From Nemertoderma westbladi (Eukaryota; Animalia; Xenacoelomorpha): a stretch of 64,000 nt of DNA. This document shows positions 53,101 to 64,000 of this stretch, one piece after another. The translations under genes were made by a program, and so were the position numbers. Position 1 is the first letter of the stretch; every line of letters starts with the position of its first letter. The stretch covers positions 62,001-126,000 of the forward strand of contig JAUCBJ010006528.1 of assembly GCA_032718475.1 (NCBI GenBank), read 5' to 3'. Below the pieces are notes generated by a model, which was not told where the DNA came from, did not search any database, and saw only the letters and a program-made list of their open reading frames with translations.

Positions 53101-56100
53101 AGCGGGGAGCCCAACGGCCCCTCAGTTCATTAGAATAGGCTGCTTCTAGAGTTGTACTAGCGGGGAGCCCAACAGCCCCTCAGTTCATTAGAACAGGCTG
53201 CTTCTTGAGTTGTACTAGCGGTGAGCCCAACGGTCCCTCAGTTCATTAGAACAGGCTGCTTCTAGAGTTGTACTAGCTGGGAGCCCAACGGCCCCTCAGT
53301 TCATTAGAACAGGCTGCTTCTAGAGTTGTACTAGCGGGGAGCCCAACGGCCCCTCCTCAGTTCATTTGAACAGGCTGCTTCTAGAGTTGTACTAGCAGTG
53401 AGCCCAACGGCCCCTCAGTTCATTAGAACAGGCTGCTTCTAGAGTTGTACTAGTGGGGAGCCCAACGGCCCCTCAGTTCATCAGAACAGGCTGCTTCTAG
53501 AGTTGTACTAGCGGGGAGCCCAACGGCCCCTCTGTTCATTAGAACAGGCTGCTTCTAGAGTTGTACTAGCGGGGAGCCCAACAGCCCCTCAGTTCATTAG
53601 AACAGGCTGCTTCTAGAGTTGTACTAGCGGTGAGCGGGGAGCCCAACGGCCCCTCAGTTCATTAGAACAGGCTGCTTCTAGAGTTGTACTAGCGGGGAGC
53701 GGGGAGCCAAACGGCCCCTCAGTACATTAGAACAGGCTGCTTCTAGAGTTGTACTAGCGGGGAGCCCAATGGCCCTTCAGTTCATTAGAACAGGCTGCTT
53801 CTAGAGTTGTTCTACCGGGGAGCCCAACGGCCCCTCAGTTCATTAGAACAGGCTGCTTCTAGAGTTGTACTAGCGGTGAGCGGGGAGCCCAATGGCCCCT
53901 CAGTTCATTAGAACAGGCTGCTTCTAGAGTTGTACTAGCGGTGAGCCCAACGGCCCCTCAGTTCATTAGAACAGGCTGCTTCTAGAGTTGTACTAGCGGG
54001 GAGCCCAACGGCCCCCCAGTTCATTATAACAGGCTGCTTCTAGAGTTGTACTAGTGGTGAGCCCAACGGCCCCTCAGTTCATTAGAACAGGCTGCTTCTA
54101 GAGTTGTACTAGCGGGGAGCCCAACGGCCCCTCAGTTCATTAGAACAGGCTGCTTCTAGAGTTGTACTAGCGGGGAGCCCAATGGCCCCTCCTCAGTTCA
54201 TTAGAACAGGCTGCTTCTAGAGTTGTACTAGCGGTGATCGGGGAGCCCAACGGCCCCTCAGATCATTAGAACAGGCTGCTTCTAGAGTTGTACTAGCGGT
54301 GAGCGGGGAGCCAAACGGCCCCTCAGTTCATTAGAACAGGCTGCTTCTAGAGTTGCACTAGCGGTGAGCACAATGGCCCCTCAGTTCATTAGAACATGCT
54401 GCTTCTAGAGTTGTACTAGCAGGGAGCGGGGAGCCCAACGGCCCCTAAGTTCATTAGAACAGGCTGCTTCTAGAGTTGTACTAGCGGGGAGCCCAACGGC
54501 CCCTCAGTTCATTAGAACAGGCTGCTTCTAGAGTTGTACTAGCGGTGAGCGGGGAGCCCAACGGCCCCTCAGTTCATTAGAACAGGCTGCTTCTAGAGTT
54601 GTACTAGCGGGGAGCAGGGAGCCCAATGGCCCCTCTGTTCATTAGAACAGGCTGCTTCTAGAGTTGTACTATCGGTGAGCTGGGAGCCCAACGGCCCCCC
54701 AGTTCATTAGAACAGGCTGCTTCTAGAGTTGTACTAGCGGTGAGCGGGGAGCCCAACGGCCCCTCAGTTCATTAGAACAGGCTGCTTCTAGAGTTGTACT
54801 AGCGGTGAGCCCAACGGTCCCTCAGTTCATTAGAACAGGCTGCTTCTAGAGTTGTACTAGCGGGGAGCCCAACGGCCCCTCAGTTCATTAGAACAGGCTG
54901 CTTCTAGAGTTGTACTAGTGGGGAGCCCAACGGCCCCTCAGTTCATTAGAACAGGCTGCTTCTAGAGTTGTACTAGTGGTGAGTGGTGATCCCAACGGCC
55001 CCTCAGTTCATTAGAACAGGCTGCTTCTAGAGTTGTACTAGTGGTGAGCGGGGAGCCCAATGGCCGCTCAGTTCATTAGAACAGGCTGATTCTAGAGTTG
55101 TACTAGCGGTGATCGGGGAGCTCAACGGCCCCTCAGTTCATTAGAACAGGCTGATTCTAGAGTTGTACTAGCGGTGAGCCCAACGGCCCCTCAGTTCATT
55201 AGAACAGGCTGCTTCTAGAGTTGTACTAGCGGGGAGCCCAACGGCCCCCCAGTTCATTAGAACAGGCTGCTTCTAGAGTTGTACTAGCGGTGAGCCCAAC
55301 GGCCCCTCAGTTCATTAGAACAGGCTGCTTCTAGAGTTGTACTAGCGGGGAGCCCAACGGCCCCTCAGTTCATTAGAACAGGCTGCTTCTAGAGTTGTAC
55401 CTGCGGGGAGCCCAATGGCCCCTCCGCAGTTCATTAGAACAGGCTGCTTCTAGAGTTGTACTAGCGGTGATTGGGGAGCCCAACGGCCCCTCAGTTCATT
55501 AGAACAGGCTGCTTCTAGAGTTGTACTAGCGGTGAGCGGGGAGCCAAACGGCCCCTCAGTTCATTAGAACAGGCTGCTTCTAGAGTTGTACTAGCGGTGA
55601 GCCCAACGGCCCCTCAGTTCATTAGAACAGGCTGCTTCTGGAGTTGTACTAGCAGGGAGCGGGGAGCCCAACGGCCCCTCAGTTCATTAGAACAGGCTGC
55701 TTCTAGAGTTGTACTAGCGGGGAGCCCAACGGCCCCTCAGTTCATTAGAACAGGCTTCTTCTAGAGTTGTACTAGCGGTGAGTGGGGAGCCCAACGGCCC
55801 CTCAGTTCATTAGAACAGGCTGCTTCTAGAGTTTTACTAGCAGGGAGCGGGGAGCCCAATGGCCCCTCAGTTCATTAGAACAGGCTGCTTCTAGAGTTGT
55901 ACTAGCGGTGAGCGGGGAGCCCAACGGCCCCCCAGTTCATTAGAACAGGCTGCTTCTAGAGTTGTACTAGCGGTGAGCGGGGAGCCCAACGGCCCCTCAG
56001 TTCATTAGAACAGGCTGCTTCTAGAGTTGTACTAGCGGTGAGCCCAACGGTCCCTCAGTGCATTTGAACAGGCTGCTTCTAGGGTTGTACTAAGCGGGGA

Positions 56101-59100
56101 GCCCAACGGCCCCTCAGTTCATTAGAACAGGCTGCTTCTAGAGTTGTACTAGCGGGTAGCCCAACGGCCCCTCCTCAGTTCATTAGAACAGGCTGCTTCT
56201 AGAGTTGTACTAGCAGGGAGCCCAACGGCCCCTCAGTTCATTAGAACAGGCTGCTTCTAGAGTTGTACTAGCGGGGAGCCCAACGGCCCCTCAGTTCATT
56301 AGAACAGGCTGCTTCTAGAGTTGTACTAGCGGGGAGCCCAACGGCCCCTCAGTTCATTAGAACAGGCTGCTTCTAGAGTTGTACTAGCGGTGAGCGGGGA
56401 GCCCAACGGCCCCTCAGTTCATTAGAACAGGCTGCTTCTAGAGTTGTACTAGCGGTGATCGGGGAGCCCAACGGCCCCTCAGTTCATTAGAACAGGCTGC
56501 TTCTAGAGTTGTACTAGCGGGGAGCGGGGAGCCCAACGGTCCCTCAGTTCATTAGAACAGGCTGCTTCTAAAGTTGTACTAGCGGAGAGCCCAACGGCCC
56601 CTCAGTTCATTAGAACAGGCTGCTTCTAGAGTTGTACTAGCGGTGAGCAGGGAGCCCAACGGCCCCTCAGTTCATTAGAACAGGCTGCTTCTAGAGTAGT
56701 AATAGCGGTGAGCGGGGAGCCCAACAGCCGCTCAGTTCATTAGAACAGGCTGCTTCTAGAGTTGTACTAGCGGTGAGCCCAACGGCCCCTCAGTTCATTA
56801 GAACAGGCTGCTTTTAAAGTTGTACTAGCGGGGAGCCCAACGGCCCCTCAGTTCATTAGAACAGGCTGTGTCTAGAGTTGTACTAGCGGTGAGCACAACG
56901 GCCCCTCAGTTCATTAGAACAGGCTGCTTCTAGAGTTGTACTAGCGGGGAGCCCAACGGCCCCTCAGTTCATTAGAACAGGCTGCTTCTAGAGTTGTACT
57001 AGCGGGGAGCCCAACGGCCCCTCCTCAGTTCATTAGAACAGGCTGCTTCTAGAGTTGTACTAGCGGTGATCGGGGAGCCCAACGGCCCCTCAGTTCATTA
57101 GAACAGGCTGCTTCTAGAGTTGTACTAGCGGTGAGCGGTGATCCCAACGGCCTCTCAGTTCATTAGAACAGGCTGCTTCTAGAGTTGTACTAGCGGGGAG
57201 CCCAACGGCCCCTCAGTTCATTAGAACAGGCTGCTTCTAGAGTTGTACTAGCAGGGAGCATGGAGCCCAACGGCCCCTCAGTTCATTAGAACAGGCTGCT
57301 TCTAGAGTTGTACTAGCGGTGAGCGGGGAGCCAAACGGCCCCTCAGTTCATTAGAACAGGCTGCTTCTAGAGTTGTACTAGTGGTGAATGGTGATCCCAA
57401 CGGCCCCTCAGTTCATTAGAACAGGCTACTTCTAGAGTTGTACTAGTGGTGAGCGGGGAGCCCAACGGCCGCTCAGTTCATTAGAACAGGCTGATTCTAG
57501 AGTTGTACTAGCGGTGATCGGGGAGCTCAACAGCCCCTCAGTTCATTAGAACAGGCTGATTCTAGAGTTGTACTACCGGTGAGCCCAACGGCCCCTCAGT
57601 TCATTAGAACAGGCTGCTTCTAGAGTTGTACTAGTGGGGAGCCCAACGGCCCCCCAGTTCATTAGAACAGGCTGCTTCTAGAGTTGTACTAGCGGTGAGC
57701 CCAATGGCCCCTCAGTTCATTAGAACAGGCTGCTTCTAGAGTTGTTCTAGCGGTGATCGGGGAGCCCAACGGCCCCTCAGTTCATTAGAACAGGCTGCTT
57801 CTAGAGTTGTACTAGCGGGGAGCCCAATGGCCCCTCCTCAGTTCATTAGAACAGGCTGCTTCTAGAGTTGTACTAGCGGTGATCGGGGAGCCCAACGGCC
57901 CCTCAGTTCATTAGAACAGGCTGCTTCTAGAGTTGTACTAGCGGTGAGCGGGGAGCCAAACGGCCCCTCAGTTCATTAGAACAGGCTGCTTCTAGAGTTG
58001 TACTAGCGGTGAGCCCAATGGCCCCTCAGTTCATTAGAACAGGCTGCTTTTAGAGTTGTACTAGCAGGGAGCGGGGAGCCCAACGGCCCCTCAGTTCATT
58101 AGAACAGGCTGCTTCTAGAGTTGTACTAGCGGGGAGCCCAACGGCCCCTCAGTTCATTAGAACAGGCTGCTTCTAGAGTTGTACTAGCGGTGAGCGGGGA
58201 GCCCAACGGCCCCTCAGTTCATTAGAACAGGCTGCTTCTAGAGTTGTACTAGCGGGGAGCAGGGAACCCAATGGCCCCTCAGTTCATTAGAACAGGCTGG
58301 TTCTAGAGTTGTACTAGCGGTGAGCGGGGAGCCCAACGGCCCCCCAGTTCATTAGAACAGGCTGCTTCTAGAGTTGTATTAGCGGTGAGCGGGGAGCCCA
58401 ATGGCCCCTCAGTTCATTAGAACAGGCTGCTTCTAGAGTTGTACTAGCTGGGAGCCCAACGGCCCCTCAGTTCATTAGAACAGGCTGCTTCTAGAGTTGT
58501 ACTAGCAGTGAGCCCAACGGCCCCTCAGTTCATTAGAACAGGCTGCTTCTATAGTTGTACTAGTGGGGAGCCCAACGGCCCATCAGTTCATTAGAACAGG
58601 CTGCTTCTAGAGTTGTACTAGCGGGGAGCCCAACGGCCCCTCAGTTCATTAGAACAGGCTGCTTCTAGAGTTGTACTAGCGGGGAGCCCAACGGCCCCTC
58701 CTCAGTTCATTTGAACAGGCTGCTTCTAGAGTTGTACTAGCAGTGAGCCCAACGGCCCCTCAGTTCATTAGAACAGGCTGCTTCTAGAGTTGTACTAGTG
58801 GGGAGCCCAACGGCCCCTCAGTTCATTAGAACAGGCTGCTTCTAGAGTTGTACTAGCGGGGAGCCCAAACGCCCCTCTGTTCATTAGAACAGGCTGCTTC
58901 TAGAGTTGTACTAGCGGTGAGCGGGGAGCCCAACGGCCCCTCAGTTCATTAGAACAGGCTGCTTCTAGAGTTGTACTAGCGGGGAGCGGGGAGCCAAACG
59001 GCCCCTCAGTACATTAGAACAGGCTGCTTCTAGAGTTGTACTAGCGGGGAGCCCAATGGCCCTTCAGTTCATTAGAACAGGCTGCTTCTAGAGTTGTTCT

Positions 59101-62100
59101 ACCGGGGAGCCCAACGGCCCCTCAGTTCATTAGAACAGGCTGCTTCTAGAGTTGTACTAGCGGTGAGCGGGGAGCCCAATGGCCCCTCAGTTCATTAGAA
59201 CATGCTGCTTCTAGAGTTGTACTAGCGGTGAGCCCAACGGCCCCTCAGTTCATTAGAACAGGCTGCTTCTAGAGTTGTACTAGCGGGGAGCCCAACGCCC
59301 CCCCAGTTCATTATAACAGGCTGCTTCTAGAGTTGTACTAGCGGTGAGCCCAACGGCCCCTCAGTTCATTAGAACAGGCTGCTTCTAGAGTTGTACTAGC
59401 GGGGAGCCCAACGGCCCCTCAGTTCATTAGAACAGGCTGCTTCTAGAGTTGTACTAGCGGGGAGCCCAATGGCCCCTCCTCAGTTCATTAGAACAGGCTG
59501 CTTCTAGAGTTGTACTAGCGGTGATCGGGGAGCCCAACGGCCCCTCAGTTCATTAGAACAGGCTGCTTCTAGAGTTGTACTAGCAGTGAGCGGGGAGCCA
59601 AACGGCCCCTCAGTTCATTAGAACAGGCTGCTTCTAGAGTTGCACTAGCGGTGAGCACAATGGCCCCTCAGTTCATTAGAACATGCTGCTTCTAGAGTTG
59701 TACTAGCAGGGAGAGGGGAGCCCAACGGCCCCTAAGTTCATTAGAACAGGCTGCTTCTAGAGTTGTACTAGCGGGGAGCCCAACGGCCCCTCAGTTCATT
59801 AGAACAGGCTGCTTCTAGAGTTGTACTAGCGGTGAGCGGGGAGCCCAACGGCCCCTCAGTTCATTAGAACAGGCTGCTTCTAGAGTTGTACTAGCGGGGA
59901 GCAGGGAGCCCAATGGCCCCTCAGTTCATTAGAACAGGCTGCTTCTAGAGTTGTACTAGCGGTGAGCTGGGAGCCCAACGGCCCCCCAGTTCATTAGAAC
60001 AGGCTGCTTCTAGAGTTGTACTAGCGGTGAGCGGGGAGCCCAACGGCCCCTCAGTTCATTAGAACAGGCTGCTTCTAGAGTTGTACTAGCGGTGAGCCCA
60101 ACGGTCCCTCAGTTCATTAGAACAGGCTGCTTCTAGAGTTGTACTAGCGGGGAGCCCAACGGCCCCTCAGTTCATTAGAACAGGCTGCTTCTAGAGTTGT
60201 ACTAGTGGGGAGCCCAACGGCCCCTCAGTTCATTAGAACAGGCTGCTTCTAGAGTTGTACTAGCGGTGAGCGGGGAGCCCAACGGCCCCTCAGTTCATTA
60301 GAACAGGCTGCTTCTAGAGTTGTACTAGCGGTGAGCGGGGAGCCAAATGGCCCCTCAGTTCATTAGAACAGGCTGCTTCTAGAGTTGTACTAGTGGTGAA
60401 TGGTGATCCCAACGGCCCCTCAGTTCATTAGAACAGGCTGCTTCTAGAGTTATACTAGTGGTGAGCGGGGAGCCCAACGGCCGCTCAGTTCATTAGAACA
60501 GGCTGATTCTAGAGTTGTACTAGCGGTGATCGGGGAGCTCAACAGCCCCTCAGTTCATTAGAACAGGCTGATTCTAGAGTTGTACTAGCGGTGAGCCCAA
60601 CGGCCCCTCAGTTCATTAGAACAGGCTGCTTCTAGAGTTGTACTAGTGGGGAGCCCAACGGCCCCCCAGTTCATTAGAACAGGCTGCTTCTAGAGTTGTA
60701 CTAGCGGTGAGCCCAACGGCCCCTCAGTTCATTAGAACAGGCTGCTTCTAGAGTTGTACTAGCGGGGAGCCCAATGGCCCCTCCTCAGTTCATTAGAACA
60801 GGCTGCTTCTAGAGTTGTACTAGCGGTGATCGGGGAGCCCAACGGCCCCTCAGTTCATTAGAACAGGCTGCTTGTAGAGTTGTACTAGCGGTGAGCGGGG
60901 AGCCAAACGGCCCCTCAGTTCATTAGAACAGGCTGCTTCTAGAGTTGTACTAGCGGTGAGCCCAACGGCCCCTCAGTTCATTAGAACAGGCTGCTTTTAG
61001 AGTTGTACTAGCAGGGAGCGGGGAGCCCAACGGCCCCTCAGTTCATTAGAACAGGCTGCTTCTAGAGTTGTACTAGCGGGGAGCCCAACGGCCCCTCAGT
61101 TCATTAGAACAGGCTGCTTCTAGAGTTGTACTAGCGGTGAGCGGGGAGCCCAACGGCCCCTCAGTTCATTAGAACAGGCTGCTTCTAGAGTTGTACTAGC
61201 GGGGAGCGGGGAGCCCAATGGCCCCTCAGTTCATTAGAACAGGCTGGTTCTAGAGTTGTACTAGCGGTGAGCGGGGAGCCCAACGGCCCCCCAGTTCATT
61301 AGAACAGGCTGCTTCTAGAGTTGTACTAGCGGTGAGCGGGGAGCCCAACGGCCCCTCAGTTCATTAGAACAGGCTGCTTCTAGAGTTGTACTAGCTGGGA
61401 GCCCAACGGCCCCTCAGTTCATTAGAACAGGCTGCTTCTAGAGTTGTACTAGCGGGGAGCCCAACGGCCCCTCCTCAGTTCATTTGAACAGGCTGCTTCT
61501 AGAGTTGTACTAGCAGTGAGCCCAACGGCCCCTCAGTTCATTAGAACAGGCTGCTTCTATAGTTGTACTAGTGGGGAGCCCAACGGCCCCTCAGTTCATT
61601 AGAACAGGCTGCTTCTAGAGTTGTACTAGCGGGGAGCCCAACGGCCCCTCAGTTCATTAGAACAGGCTGCTTCTAGAGTTGTACTAGCGGGGAGCCCAAC
61701 AGCCCCTCAGTTCATTAGAACAGGCTGCTTCTTGAGTTGTACTAGCGGTGAGCCCAACGGTCCCTCAGTTCATTAGAACATGCTGCTTCTAGAGTTGTAC
61801 TAGCTGGGAGCCCAACGGCCCCTCAGTTCATTAGAACAAGCTGCTTCTAGAGTTGTACTAGCAGTGAGCACAACGGCCCCTCAGTTCATTAGAACAGGCT
61901 GCTTCTAGAGTTGTACTAGTGGGGAGCCCAACGGCCCCTCAATTCATTAGAACAGGCTGCTTCTAGAGTTGTACTAGCGGGGAGCCCAACGGCCCCTCAG
62001 TTCATTAGAACAGGCTGCTTCTAGAGTTGTACTAGCGGGGAGCCCAACAGCCCCTCAGTTCATTAGAACAGGCTGCTTCTAGAGTTGTACTAGCGGTGAG

Positions 62101-64000
62101 CGGGGAGCCCAACGGCCCCTCAGTTCATTAGAACAGGCTGCTTCTAGAGTTGTACTAGCGGGGAGCAGGACTTTCTTGAGACGCATCTTAAAGGACACTG
62201 GCCTTAAAGATGCGGATGATCTAGCAAATGTCATGGGTAATAGGGAGTTGTGGCGGTGCAATTTTGTTGACAAGCCGGCACAGCATTCTTAAAAATGCAG
62301 CTGCAATGCAGCATGCCGATCCTAGTAGTAGAGCAGGGAGCCAAACGGCCCTTCAGTTCATTAGAACAGGCTGCTTCTAGAGTTGTTCTACCGGGGAGCC
62401 CAACGGCCCCTCAGTTCATTAGAACATGCTGCTTCTAGAGTTGTTCTAGCGGTGATCGGGGAGCCCAATGGCCCCTCAGTTCATTAGAACAGGCTGCTTC
62501 TAGAGTTGTACTAGCGGGGAGCCCAATGGCCCCTCCTCAGTTCATTAGAACAGGCTGCTTCTAGAGTTGTACTAGCGGTGATCGGGGAGCCCAACGGCCC
62601 CTCAGTTCATTAGAACAGGCTGCTTCTAGAGTTGTACTAGCGGTGAGCGGGGAGCCAAACGGCCCCTCAGTTCATTAGAACAGGCTGCTTCTAGAGTTGT
62701 ACTAGCGGTGAGCCCAACGACCCCTCAGTTCATTAGAACAGGCTGCTTTTAGAGTTGTACTAGCAGGGAGCGGGGAGCTCAACGGCCCCTCAGTTCATTA
62801 GAACAGGCTGCTTCTAGAGTTGTACTAGCGGGGAGCCCAACGGACCCTCAGTTCATTAGAACAGGCTGCTTCTAGAGTTGTACTAGCGGTGAGCGGGGAG
62901 CCCAACGGCCCCTCAGTTCATTAGAACAGGCTGCTTCTAGAGTTGTACTAGCGGGGAGCGGGGAGCCCAATGGCCCCTCAGTTCATTAGAACAGGCTGCT
63001 TCTAGAGTTGTACTAGCGGTGAGCGGGGAGCCCAACGGCCCCTCAGTTCATTAGAACAGGCTGCTTCTAGAGTTGTACTAGCTGGGAGCCCAACGGCCCC
63101 TCAGTTCATTAGAACAGGCTGCTTCTGGAGTTGTACTAGCGGGGAGCCCAACGGCCCCTCCTCAGTTCATTTGAACAGGCTGCTTCTAGAGTTGTACTAG
63201 CGGTGAGCCCAACGGCCCCTCAGTTCATTACAACAGGCTGCTTCTATAGTTGTACTAGTGGGGAGCCCAACGGCCCCTCAGTTCATTAGAACAGGCTGCT
63301 TCTAGAGTTGTACTAGCGGGGAGCCCAACGGCCCCTCAGTTCATTAGAACAGGCTGCTTCTAGAGTTGTACTAGCGGGGAGCCCAACAGCCCCTCAGTTC
63401 ATTAGAACAGGCTGCTTCTTGAGTTGTACTAGCGGTGAGCCCAACGGTCCCTCAGTTCATTAGAACAGGCTGCTTCTAGAGTTGTACTAGCTGGGAGCCC
63501 AACGGCCCCTCAGTTCATTAGAACAGGCTGCTTCTAGAGTTGTACTAGCGGGGAGCCCAACGGCCCCTCCTCAGTTCATTTGAACAGGCTGCTTCTAGAG
63601 TTGTACTAGCAGTGAGCACAACGGCCCCTCAGTTCATTAGAACAGGCTGCTTCTAGAGTTGTACTAGTGGGGAGCCCAACGGCCCCTCAGTTCATTAGAA
63701 CAGGCTGCTTCTAGAGTTGTACTAGCGGGGAGCCCAACAGCCCCTCAGTTCATTAGAACAGGCTGTTCTAGAGTTGTACTAGCGGTGAGCGGGGAGCCCA
63801 ACGGCCCCTCAGTTCATTAGAACAGGCTGCTTCTAGAGTTGTACTAGCGGGGAGCGGGGAGCCAAACGGCCCCTCAGTACATTAGAACAGGCTGATTCTA
63901 GAGTTGTACTAGCGGGGAGCCCAATGGCCCTTCAGTTCATTAGAACAGGCTGCTTCTAGAGTTGTTCTACCGGGGAGCCCAACGGCCCCTCAGTTCATTA
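29101..64000. repeat. Satellite C: 58-bp unit AGCCCAACGGCCCCTCAGTTCATTAGAACAGGCTGCTTCTAGAGTTGTACTAGCGG(G/T)G with a 65-bp variant (+AGCGGGG); about 35 kb in this window, roughly 570 copies, runs off the window end
   Basis: Tandem copies read directly. Each canonical unit has an XbaI site (TCTAGA). Confidence 0.99.
62169..62330 (+). mobile_element. 5'-truncated RTE LINE insertion inside satellite C
   Basis: Near-identical to the reverse complement of about 14360-14511. It has a (TAG)n tail and is flanked by the duplication GAGCAGG (62163-62169 and 62331-62337). Confidence 0.95.

Noticed and set aside
62079-62273. 64-aa ORF
   Set aside because: It spans the RTE/satellite junction antisense to the RTE and is spurious.
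2898-64000. CRISPR array interpretation of the 38-, 68- and 58-bp repeats
   Set aside because: The repeats are head-to-tail with no unique spacers, there are no cas genes, and the context is eukaryotic retrotransposon DNA.
29101-64000. Hammerhead ribozyme in the satellite C monomer (minus strand CTAATGA...GAAG)
   Set aside because: The core deviates from CUGANGA/GAAA at invariant positions, and the three stems cannot be formed convincingly.

Overview
Eukaryotic, probably bilaterian invertebrate, repeat-dominated DNA with no intact host gene, rRNA, tRNA or CRISPR array. About 80% of the window is three unrelated satellite arrays: 38/31-bp units (2898-13076), 68/71-bp units (17663-23970) and 58/65-bp units (about 29100 to the window end). 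The spacers hold transposon remnants: a LINE C-terminal fragment, an internally deleted RTE-clade LINE with both ends, an L2-type LINE 3' end, Helentron/HINE-like non-autonomous elements and a tRNA-derived SINE. The most notable observation is that the 68-bp satellite is an in situ tandem amplification of part of the coding end of an L2-type LINE, whose flanking sequence is still readable on both sides of the array. A 5'-truncated copy of the same RTE family, with a target-site duplication, sits inside the third satellite. That satellite has nested higher-order repeats, and the unique DNA is rich in TACAGTA/TACTGTA, the Tc1-type excision footprint. Family assignments come from motif recognition by eye, not database searches. 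I found no evidence of a new protein-coding system.
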